DNA of 64,000 nt from Hormiphora californensis (taxonomy: Eukaryota > Animalia > Ctenophora): assembly GCA_020137815.1 (NCBI GenBank), contig CM035361.1:1860001-1924000 (forward strand). The letters are read 5' to 3'. This document shows, one piece after another, positions 52,673 through 64,000 of the stretch. A program made the translations under genes and the position numbers. The notes under the pieces were generated by a model. The model searched no databases and was not told the origin of the DNA. It was given only the letters and a program-made list of their open reading frames with translations. Each line of letters begins with the position of its first letter. The first letter of the stretch is position 1.

Positions 52673-53106
52673 CCACTGGCTTTTAGCAAGGACAATGTTT
52701 AGAGTTAGACCAAACTTTTCGTTTGAAACAGTTCCTGAGAGAGATGAATTGTTTTGATACAAACATGTTTTGATAACAACATGATAACCGGACAAGACCA
52801 AGAACTGTGGCAGCATATTGTAGTTTAGAGAATTAGAGAATTAGAGATTCTGCTGGCGAGAATTTTGTACTGCGACAATTCTGTGAATAAATAATTGAAC
52901 TCGGATATAATGAGGTTGTGGGAAAAATAGTTAGTTACATTTTTATAACTTTAAAATAATTTCAAAATGTTGATTCAACACACCTAAAACATTGCTCTGC
53001 TGAAGTCAAATTGCTCAAAAATACACGCCATACACGACTAAATCCTATTAGGATTCCTATTAAGAATAACCAGTTATTAATAACAGTGTCCGCCCTGCAC
53101 TATATT

Positions 53107-56100
53107 TCACTCAGATGGAACAGTCAGTAGCTCTCCTCCCCCTCTGGATTTGGTGATCCCTGCTCCAACAGCTGGAGCTGTACTTGTAGAGTTGTTGCGG
53201 AAAGTCCTAGATACATTCATTGATGATGAAACCTGCGATAGAGAGATCGGTGTCATGCATACGTGTAGAATGAATAAAGGGCTAAAAACTGAAAATGAAA
53301 GTTGGAATGGGGGAAAACAGTCGTGCGTGAACCTCAGCTTCAGGCCGCGGCTACTGAGACCGAGATCTCAGGTTTCAGTGACGGCTATTCCCTTAAATCT
53401 CAGGGAATATCCGTCACTGAAAACTGAGATCTTATGTCTCAGTGTAAAATAGCCGTGGCCTAGGAATGTACTATGTATCTACGTAGATCTACATACCTGG
53501 CTAATTCTACGATTCCAGTCACCACTGGCCCGAGAAACCTCCAGACTTGCTTTCCGCATCCGGTACCGTAACGCAATACTCAGTTTATCTGAGGACGAGG
53601 ACCGAGGGGCTTTGAAAGTCTTACTAATATCTTACATAATAAGAAGCTAGTTATCGCCGTAAAAACTTATCGGTTTGAGTTTTAAATAATAAACCCAATG
53701 ACTTCTAATCTTTTTCACATAGCCTACACATAGCCTACCTCTAAAATCTGTTGAACCGAGCACATAGATGATAGGATCAATGAAGAGATTAGAGTAGAAC
53801 ATGATCACCACTATATCATCAAGGTAAATGGTGGTATGGTAGTTCTTCCCTGGAAATAGATTGCAGGGTGTTGGGAACCTTATTGAGTCACCAGACCTTA
53901 TTCGACAAAAGGAACTTAGCCTACAAAACATTGGAAATCATGACTTCATGATTTCCTAGATTTGGATGATTTCACCATAGGAATTTACCGTTTTCGAGGA
54001 GCCGCCTGCAGTTGTAGATGTAGTTTGGAAGCCAAGAGACAGTGAAGAAAAACAGTAACAGAGAAATATTCCTGTGAAAAATCAAAATATTATAGCTTGA
54101 AAACAAGATTGTTCGCAGAACAAAATACTAGAATGAATTCTTTGTGAAATCAAACACTACAAACAATGAGTTGTTTGTGAAGTCAAACACCATAAAATGA
54201 ATTGTTTACGGAGTTCTAACCTGAAGACAGGTATTTTCTTGGCGGTATCCACCCTAGCTGACGTGAATCATGGGCCCTCTGTCACGGTTCAGTACCACTA
54301 TAATGTTAATGTACATACCCAGGATCGCCTGCAGTGAATAGGTATTGTGTTAGGACCCGAAATTGAAAAGGGGTCTGGAGAGTGTAAATAATTGAATTCA
54401 AATGTTCTTGAAATGACATTGAGAAAAAAAGTATAAATGCCCGCACCCACCAAGGTCATTGAAGGTTGAATTTCTAGAAAACGTGTATTTAACTATGACG
54501 TAACATGCTATGACGTCACATAGTTAGAACAAGGAACCGACCGAATCAGGAAATACTGGTCCCTGATTGGCTGATAACCAGTCACGTGACCTAGGTAACG
54601 AGAATTCTGATTGGTTGTTTACTTGTATCCTAGTTAGAACTCACCAATAAAGGGATCACGAAGAATATTGTATCTGTGGCGTGGATGAACAGTAAACCAG
54701 TGTAACCACATTGCATTACACACCTGTGAATAAAGATATGTTTGTAACAGAGGGTGCTTTTTCATGTTTGTGTTGCACAATTGTTGCTTGTTTGTTTCTT
54801 TGTTTGTTTGTTTCTTTGTTCACTCACGATTGTTCAAAGGTCGTCTTGATGACTTGACCGTTGAAAATCACGGTTGAAATCACAGTGTACGCTGTAGCAG
54901 TCAACCACGTGTAGAAAACCTGTAACAAGAGATGTCATAGTAACCAATGGTAACCAATGGTAACCAATAGTAACCAATGGTAACCACGGGTTACTTTCAC
55001 TGGTTCCCTCGATTTCGCAACAAAAAGTAATATGTTTCCAGGGGGGGGGCGTGACTTTGGAGAAAGGAGACAGCTGGTGCAGTGTAATTTTAATTATGTC
55101 CACCATTCATCAAATTTACTGAGTTTGACATTTTATTTATTTCAAATTTATCTCTACGAGATTTCACCACGATCGTTATCCCCAGAAAAATGATCTAATG
55201 CTCAACATTTTTAAGAAGCAGGTGCAGATGTTACTTAGGCCAGAATAATGATCTGCCGAGCCCTAAATACCCACAGATAACACACTATCCAATCCTTCGA
55301 AATATAGGCTAAACGATGCAGACTGCAGCTGTGTGGAATGGCGATCAGGCTATCACTATCAGGTAAACGACCATTACGATTATTAGGGGGAAATTACCTG
55401 TTTTTCTAAATATTGCAGTACGTCTTGGATCTAAGGAACCAATAGTTGAATCGGAAAAATGAGGCTCTGCCTTGACTTCTAAAATACAGCAAGATGTTAA
55501 AAATGAAAAAATCTCTTAATTCACCTACCATTTTGTAGGACATTGCTCGTGTTATTGCCAGTTTGTATTTGACCGGATCTGACAGGGCCAACATCCTGTT
55601 GTAGGTGATACACAGCACTGTGGGAGAGAGTTCTGGGTGACTATCATGGCTGCTTCATAAACATGGCTTAGTAATTAGCTTAAATTCCATTATAATAATA
55701 ATAATAATATTCCGCGCTTATATACCGCCCATACCCGACAGAGACATGTCAAAATATTGACGATGTTCCGCCGAATCATCAGAGCGGTATATCCTCGACT
55801 ACTTATATGACACACTCGAACAGCTCTGGTTGAAAAACAATATATAGACGACTAAATAAACTTGACTTATAAAACTGAGGGAATAACTGGTCCCATAATC
55901 CTGTAGATATAAATTAAAACACACTATACTCACACCTGCTCGAAAAAAGGATACTAGGTAATGAATTAATAACATGGCTAGAGAGAGGATGACACTGATT
56001 GCCCGCAGGCCCCACAACTACAACAAACATTACAACTCAGCCATGGGTTCCCCATCACCCACTCCAAATGCACCAACGAAGAGATGTGTTTTCAGCCGGG

Positions 56101-57853
56101 TTTTGAAAGTATCCACATTGGGGATTGACCTGAGCTCAAGAGGAAGCTCATTCCAGACAGAGGGCAGGAATACTGATAACCTCCTACGTCTCAACTTAGA
56201 GTTGGCATTGATACTGGTCATCTTTGGATGTTTTAACCTATAGGGATCCGGAACATTAGTCATCCTCGTTGTCCTAGAGGTTCCCCAAGTCTCATCACGT
56301 GGCACCAAATCCTGGAGATAACACGGGGCTGTTCCATTGACTATTTTGTAGGCAATCAAACATGCTTTGAAGTCCAACCTGTAGGAGATCGGTAAAATAT
56401 GACATTGCCTGAAATACTCCATGTAGTTGTCCTGGTGTCCGTGGAGGTTAAATACAAAACGAACACAGGCATTGAGAAGCTTCTGGAGCCCACTGAGAAC
56501 TCGACCAGGAAGTCCACAATACAGAATGTTACTGTAGTCTATCCTCGATAAAATCAACTGTTTGACCAACATTATCTTTGTTGGGATATCAAAACACCTG
56601 TGCAGTTGCCAAAGGTTTCGTAACATCAGTCCACACTGTTTCCTCACATTGTTAACCTGTCGTTCAAGGCCAAGGTTATGATCCAAGAGAATTCCCAGGG
56701 TTTTACCATCTGTTCCACTACATTCACTGGGGGAGATTTCCGTTCCTCCAAAGTTAATAACTGGATCAAAAGAGACTTTGCTTAGAGAACTGCGCTTTCC
56801 AAGCAGGATGAATTCCGTTATCAAAAAAATGTTTCAAAAAAACGAAACTGATAAAACTCCTACATTCCTATTGCATTCGTTCATTCAAACTGCCGCTGGT
56901 AGTGGCATTGCGCCGAAATAAACACATAAAAATAAGCAGCTACCTGCTAAAGATGAAGCGTAGATTCCAGCCCATGTTAGAAATGGTACAAACTTGCAAA
57001 GAGTATGTAGAATCACCTGAAAGTACACACTTGTTATACTGTCGTGCATTACACTTCTGTTGTCCTTGTGTAATGTGTAAACAAACGAATTGAATGACTG
57101 GATAATGTAATCTCAATTAACCCTAACGACTCAACTAACTGACTATTAGCATGTACCGGTGAAGCGAAGGTGGATGAGATAAGTCCGGGTCCCCGGAAGA
57201 AAAGGCCCATTATGGACACCAGCAGATCAGACGCCATCAAGTTTCCTGAGGGTGATTGAAGTTGCTAGAAACGATTGGGTAGATCGCCAAAATCACAATA
57301 ATAAATATGATTCCTTTGACCTTTAGCTTTGATGACTAATCAACCAACACAATTAAACATCAGCTGATAGTAAATTAACAGCTAATCAATAATTAATTGA
57401 CTAATTACCGATAAGGATGTGGTAGCTGCTCCCGAACATATCCTTGTGACTATAGATAACAAATATTATCAACACCGTCTCAATTAATGATGCAAGGGAT
57501 ACCGCCACAATAACGCTGCCAACCTGTTGGTGGAATTTCAGGTACAATTTAGAGATGGACCAGGAACCGACCGACCGACACAAGTAAACAACCAATCAGA
57601 ACTCATTATTTAGGTCACGTGACTGGTTATCAGCCAATCAGGGACCAGTATTTCCTGATTCGCCGATTCGGTCGGTTCCTGAGATGGACTATGAGGCATA
57701 GCTATGGGAAAAGGTGGAATTTGACACGTGTTGGGCTGACTCACAGCTTCTCATAAAAAGATCGTGTTTTCAATTTCAATTCCTTACCACACGACTATGG
57801 TCCGGTACAGAACTTTCATTCACGCTCGACTGATCCAGAATTCCCTCACCCAT
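53107..57853 (-). CDS. Rhodopsin-class (class A) orphan GPCR, multi-exon
   Basis: N-terminus MGEGILDQSSVNES (N-glycosylation), TM1 exon near 57409-57523, TM2 NLMASDL, TM3 LCKFVPF..LCITYNRMLAL, TM6 SWLPNY, TM7 SNLFIDPIIY..TDFR, C-terminal exon ending at 53107. No retinal-binding Lys in TM7. Confidence 0.85.
53342..53461. mobile_element. Palindromic MITE in a GPCR intron
   Basis: AGGCCGCGGCTA..CAGTGACGG / CCGTCACTG..TAGCCGTGGCCT imperfect inverted arms. Confidence 0.6.
54532..54631 (+). mobile_element. MITE, family B
   Basis: Same sequence as the copies at 12538 and 32769. Confidence 0.8.
55690..56824 (-). mobile_element. 5'-truncated L2/CR1-group LINE (RT C-terminal ORF 56030-56824 plus 3' UTR)
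   Basis: KTLGILLD..L, LILSRIDYSN, LQKLLNACVR, WNELPLELR..FKTRLKTHLF; ends in GCGGTATATAAGCGCGGAA(TAT)n on the minus strand. Confidence 0.85.
57562..57680 (-). mobile_element. MITE, family B (reverse orientation)
   Basis: AGGAACCGACCGA ... TCGGTCGGTTCCT. Confidence 0.85.
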
Positions 57854-60388
57854 ATGTAGAAAGACACTGCTATATAATGAGATGTAAGGTTAGATTGGAA
57901 ACACAATAGCAACAGAGAGAAAATGAATGTAGTTTGAAAGATGAGCCAAGATCGGGGTTTGAGGGATAACCAAAATCAACACAAAATATACAACTGTTGA
58001 TATTGATACGGGTATAAAAAGGTACAATTAGCAGTTCAAGGATTTGTCATGTGATACAGTCTCATCATACACGTACCCCCGTTAGAACTGTCACAGTATT
58101 GACAGCGTAAGAAGGGCCTGCAGCGTATACCAATTCAAGGACTGGAAAAATTCCTAGAAAATTGGTTAAACACAACTCCAAGAAAAGTATGCATAAATGC
58201 ATAATCACATGATGCTGTGAATATACCAAGCTCTTGACATAACTGAGAGAGAGAGAGAGAGAGAGGCTTCTAGACTTAGAGGGTCTTGTAATTTTCCCCG
58301 TCTCTGCAGTCGAGCCGTGTATTTTGTATGACACATATATTATGCGACAGGTGCATTGCGATTATACGTACCCTGCTATAATTACGGGTATACCACCTTA
58401 CTCATGTTTTTTGGGACTCCAATACTCCAATAGCATGCTTGTTACGAGGGAGTGTTCAAAACAAATAAAAAACTTGGGTTTTAGGCCCTTTAATTGCACC
58501 TTGGGGTGTCGATTGTCAAATGCAGACTGCAGACTCGAGTATTCTGTGGTAAAATCGAGGTAGATAATGCATATAATATATTGGTTCCCTAGTGATATGA
58601 CGACTGACGAGTAAGTTAAAAGCTGTTTTGTCATTGGTCAAGAAAATGGGAAAATACTCAAAGATAAAGAGGGGACCAGGGGAGATTGCACCAGCCGAGT
58701 TTGCTAAGGAGCATTTAGTACTAAAGATCCATTAAAACAGCTGCTTCAAAAATGTGTTGCTCAGTCGAACATAGGAAGATAATTATTAGAAAAAGACCTG
58801 ATTCTTCTCTGAGGAGGTAGACTAGATGATAACTCATAACAGAGATCGATTATATCAGAAAGAATGATATATGATGGCAGGTGCGATGATTTACTGCGGA
58901 CCACACCCATGAGCTCCAGCAAATACAATGGTATCGAGGAACGGGAAAGACAAAAGTAGAAAAAGTATTCATAGCAGACATCCGATTCTTTCGAAATCTG
59001 TTCAGCCAAGGGGAACGCCTCAATCATTATATGAGTTTCAAACTTTCATCAACTACAACGTAAAACTATTTATTGAGGATGACAGTGAACTGTATGAGTC
59101 GAGTGCTGTAAATACACATAATTTTGGTGACCAAGTCCATGTTCACAGTAAACAAGTTGTTAGTTCAAAATGTCATAATTGAGTCCACAGTCGACTATTG
59201 TCCATTGGAAAGTTTCATAAAATCACATTGAGTCATTGAAAATAACAGAGGTACCATTAGGGACTATCAGAGAGTTTGGATAACGTGAGAAAGATAAATT
59301 TGTGAAAAGAACGAGAGGGATTCGAGAGAGAGAGAAGAAAAAGGAGTGGCAGAGAGAGTGAGTGAGAGAGAGAGAGAGAGAGAGAGAGTGATAGAGATAG
59401 AGTGATAGAGAGAGGGAACGAGGACTAGAACACCTGCTCCTAGGAGCTGCCCGGGCATTTTTGCTGAAATTTAATCTTTCGCAAAAAGCTCTCTCACTTA
59501 TATTCTTTCAAGTCATTATTATATTCACCTATCATTCTCTCTCCCCATGTCTCTCTCCCCAGAGGCCTCTCTCTCTCTCTATCTCTTTCTCTCTCACTTT
59601 CATAGACAACACACATCTGTGGTGTTGTGTGTTTGTCGAAGTTTGAAAATGAAAATATGTTTGGATGCAGCCATGCTTAGCAAAATGAACTTCCCTCTCA
59701 GATCGCTACCGTAGTTGGGGTGTCATAGAACGAATTAGAATCTAACAAATCATAACACCCAGATGCGCATAAAGAGAAAATATGAAATGAAATAATGCAA
59801 AAGAATGCCATGGCTGCAGTGGTGGGGGCTGTGAAGCGCATACGCACATACGCCTCATACATGATCGCTTTCTACGATTTCCGTAGATATTAATATCAAA
59901 TGTAAATGAAAATCCTTTTTGGCGATATAGATAGCATCTTTTTTCTGTAAGTGAACTGCATGCAGCTTTGAGTCTATAAGTGATAATTCTGTGATATAGA
60001 AACATATCATGATCCATCTAGATTACCTGCTTAGTTTTATTTAATGATACCTTGCATATCACGTGGCCATGCGTTGATCGTTATCATCAGATCACTTTTA
60101 TTATCTAAATATAGCTTCCATTTTCGTTTCAGTAATCACAATTTAAAGAGGACTTAAGATTTTAGAAGCTGATTAAGATGAAGATTTAAAAAGTTAAATC
60201 ATGATAAAGAAAGGTCTAAATAGACGGAAATTAGGGAGATTGGGAAAAGAAGGGAGATGGCGATTGGTAGAGATCTCAACTAGACCCTCTATAGAGAGAT
60301 AGAAGGTATCTACCAGTACAAGAAGATAGTTAGTATCCAGGCCGTAGAGATTTAAAGCGATCTATATTTTATTAAAGAGGCTTCTCGG

Positions 60389-60396
60389 CTCTCTCC

Positions 60397-60491
<95 letters not shown>

Positions 60492-60578
60492 CTCCTCCTC
60501 TCCCTCTCCCTCTCTCCTCTCTCTCTCCTCTCTCCTCTTCCTCACTCTCTCTCCTCTCGGTCTCTCTCTCTCTCCTCC
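60389..60578. repeat. (CT)-rich microsatellite
   Basis: Direct inspection. Confidence 0.9.
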
Positions 60579-62019
60579 GTTTTTTCTGTTTCATTCTTTT
60601 CTCCAGGGGCATCCGAAGAAATTTTGGGTCCTCCAAAGTTTATTTCCCCTGTGGCGGGGGAGGGAAGAAGCTGGAGGAACGACCGGGGGATCCCGGCCCT
60701 AGCGAAGAGTAGGGGATAAAGGGATAGGAAGCTTCCCTTTCTCCTTGATCTTCGTGTCTCTTCTCGCGTCTCTTATCCTGCATGGCTCTCCCCGGTGCTG
60801 GGGAAACCCATACCTTACCTGCCCTTCTCTTCGTAAACCTTGTCCACCCTCTTTCTTTTGTTGCTTAATACGGGAAATCCCGGGGATATTTCTTTTCCCC
60901 GTTTTTCCTTTCCTTTTCCTTCACAGGCGCTGTTTTCCAAAACGGTGTCACCGAATCTTTTCCGTTGCTTTTTCTCAACTTATTATTGCCTGAGGGGGAG
61001 AGTCCATGCTCGACGAGGACCGAAGAAGTGCGGGGCGATCAGAGGCGAGAACTTACAGAAAATAGCATTGAGGTCCAATAAACAAATATCAAGGTAGGGA
61101 AAGCTCTCTCGATCTCTCTCCTCTCATCTCTCTCTCTCTCTCTCTTTTTCTCTGCTTTGCTTTTCATTTCTTTCCATCTCCAGAAGGCTCATCATCAGAT
61201 TAGAAGACGATATCTCTACCCTTTATCTTTCATTCTTCTCTCTTAAACCTCCTATCTAACGCGCTTACTGGAAGTTGTAAGCATTTCGAGTCCCCTATAT
61301 CTTTCTTTTCCCCTTGTTTTTTTTTTCCCTTTTTCCTTGAACGCTTTTCCTTCACAGAGCGCACTGTATGTGAAAATGACGGTGTAAGCCACACATGCTT
61401 TTCCCTGTTGCTTGTTTCTCAACTTAATGGTTAATAATGTTCCTGGGAGTGAGAGCTGCAGAGAATCATGGCAATCGAGGAGGAGCAAGCGAAGAGAGAT
61501 CGGGCGAGATCAGAGAGGGAGAAATAGACAGAAGATAGAATAAAGGGAAGAGAGAGGACATAGAAAATAGGACAAGAAGAGGGAAAGCGGGGACAGAGAA
61601 GAGAGAGGACGAAGCAGAGAGGAAATGGTGAGAGCTCTCCAAGGTACGCGTGTAGCAAGGGTATTTATTATACACATGTCAGTGTGCAAGATGACCCGTC
61701 GTGAGTGGTGCACTTCCTTAAGCAATGTGATACAAGGCATTATATATATCCTTTATTACACGCTTAGTTGCACCCCTTTATACCGCAGTAGGACCCCGAT
61801 TTACCAGTAAATCAAGGACTGACTTGTTGAGCAAGAGGCCGGATATAGGACCGGTTCGTGTTTATGATACCCCAGCCCCCGCATTTTTATTTAACTTTCT
61901 TTCTCTTGGTTTGTCTTTAGGTTTAGCGCTGTTGATAAAACTAAAAGTTGGAAAGAAATTACATTAATTTTTAAGTTCTTGTAGCTTAGTTCATGTCTTA
62001 TGTTTCTTATAGCTGATGC

Positions 62020-62054
<35 letters not shown>

Positions 62055-62576
62055 TTCTCTCTATCTGACACCGCCGCCCCCAGTTTGCTTACACGCAGGG
62101 ACAACGGCAAATACAGACAAAGTTAGAGAGATATATGGATATAGAGAGGGGAGAAAGAGAGAGAGTGAGAGCTCACTCAGCAACATATTTTAGTCCAGAA
62201 CGATCGCTTTTTTTACTGTATAGTTTTGCAGTTCTACACTTCATTTTATTAGGTATTTGTGTCTAAAAGATTGGCTTTAAAATCTATAAAATTATTAGGC
62301 ACATAATATTATGATTTTGACGACAAAAAATGGTTTTTAAATTCTGAAATTTGTTGAAATAAGATGGGAATGTTGATGACACAACGTCGTGATATGACAC
62401 ACCCACTCTATGTAGCAGCCGTTCTTATCATATTAACTCCTTCGTTCGTTTTCTCGTTTTTAGGTGGAATTGTTGGTATGATGTTCACATTAAACTAGAC
62501 ATAAGACAAGAGATAGAGAGAGATAGATAGATAGAGAGATAGAGAGAGAGTAGAGAGAAAGAGAGGATAGAGTAGA

Positions 62577-62610
<34 letters not shown>

Positions 62611-64000
62611 TAGAAGAGACGAGAGAGGAGTAGAGAAGATATAGCCGAGAGAGAGCTACTCGCCGAGCTCATTTCTCGAGAGCGCGCTCTCGGCCTGCGA
62701 GGCCACCGCGAGAGACGAGAAGACACATGTGCAGTAGTAGTATAGTAAAGCTGTAGCTTGCTGCAGGTTGCTGTAGTTGCTAGGGTAACTGGTGCTCACA
62801 CGAAGAGAACGAGAGAGAAGAGAGAGGGATTAAGGAAGGGAGAGAACAAGAGAGGGAAGGGAGAGAGAGAGAAAGACGATTAAGGGAGAGAGGGAGAGAA
62901 CAGAGAAGAGCGTACGTTTCCGCCTATACCGTGCACACTATATAGCGGTATTGAGTGTGTGTATGCAGTCTTGTGGTAGCCGATCGAGAGGTCGAGGATA
63001 TGTTTATGTCTACTTCGATATCTATAAAGCGACTTTATAAAGTTTCTATAGTAGCTTATACTTCCATATTCTTAGAACAGTATATATTTAGATGCAATTA
63101 TACAACTTGTTCTAGCACGCTTCCTCGAATCAGTCCATGGCTTGTTCTGCGTTCACTTCCATGGTCTACTAATATATTCCACTGGCTATGGTTCAAATAC
63201 ACATGGACGAATTAGGCCCAAAAGTTTTTACACTATGAAATTGGTCGCGAGCGTGTTCTCCATCTATGAATGGTACGGCTGGCAGAAGAAAATGTACAGA
63301 CGATACAAATTTGTAATCGATTTTTTTTGCGAGGCCTGGAATGAAGGACGTATGACGTTTCCCTGGTAAGTATCACTTACCCAAGACCAAAAATTAAACC
63401 CATATTGTTGTGTTTTTTAATTTTGGAATTTTAAAGTAGCTTGTAGGAATAATAATTGTATACACTCCCACCCACCGCAAGGTCGAGACAGTCTAATTAG
63501 ATTTCTAATTACAACTAGCGACCTCTCTCTCTATCTTGATTATATGCGTGTGTATAGGGTCACCGCAAAACCCATAAGTTTTAGTATTTTTAGTATTAGT
63601 TTTGGTCCAATGTGTTTATGCCCAAGGGCCGATCCTGGATCAAAAATTATATTAACGACCCTGTTTTTATTGTTCCAGTTATAAAAGTTTTTGGGTTGTC
63701 CCCCCCCCCAAATTTGGGCCCCCTTTTTAATTATTTTTGATTCCAAATTATTCGATTATCCAAATGGGGTGGGGGGGGTAACCTGTATTTTTCCAAAATT
63801 TCGTAATTTTTTTCCCAAATTTTAAATATTTTATTAAAATGTTTTTGCAATAAATTATCATAATGCATTCAATAGAACTCAATCAAATTAAAATTTCCTA
63901 TTCTGCTCATATAAGCTGTTCTTTTTGTCATTTTTTTTCATCAAAAAGTTTTTTATTCTTATTCCTTTAAAAACCCCATTTTTAAATTCTCGCACGTTTG

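Noticed and set aside
53647-53931. Possible opsin
   Set aside because: No Lys at the retinal-binding position of TM7.
58000-64000. Short ORFs in the distal region
   Set aside because: Microsatellite-derived or motif-free; no coherent exon chain found.

Overview
Eukaryotic, intron-rich animal DNA (GT-AG introns, abundant MITEs and CT/GA microsatellites). The GPCR style (NKL/NRM in place of DRY, AIKLD after TM1), the dense nesting of genes in introns and the repeat families suggest a ctenophore, possibly Pleurobrachia (inference). Main genes, all reconstructed by hand from splice sites: USO1/p115 (+, 6394-34113), which hosts four nested genes (an 8-Cys secreted micropeptide, a rhodopsin-class GPCR, a same-strand secreted/GPI mucin-like ORF, and a secreted tandem Ly6/uPAR-like protein); an acidic type-I membrane protein; a Shaker-family Kv channel with a PAT gate that hosts a secreted His-rich beta/gamma-crystallin; a six-exon candidate neuropeptide precursor (xVPG repeats plus VNNLDNF-GKR) that the ORF track shows only in fragments; a sulfotransferase; a GPI-type Cys-rich/sushi protein; and a second GPCR. 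Mobile DNA includes a CRE-like RLE non-LTR fragment, an L2/CR1-like 3' fragment and several MITEs. A recurring structural theme is tandem duplication of splice junctions. A few apparent 1-2 nt frameshifts suggest assembly indels.
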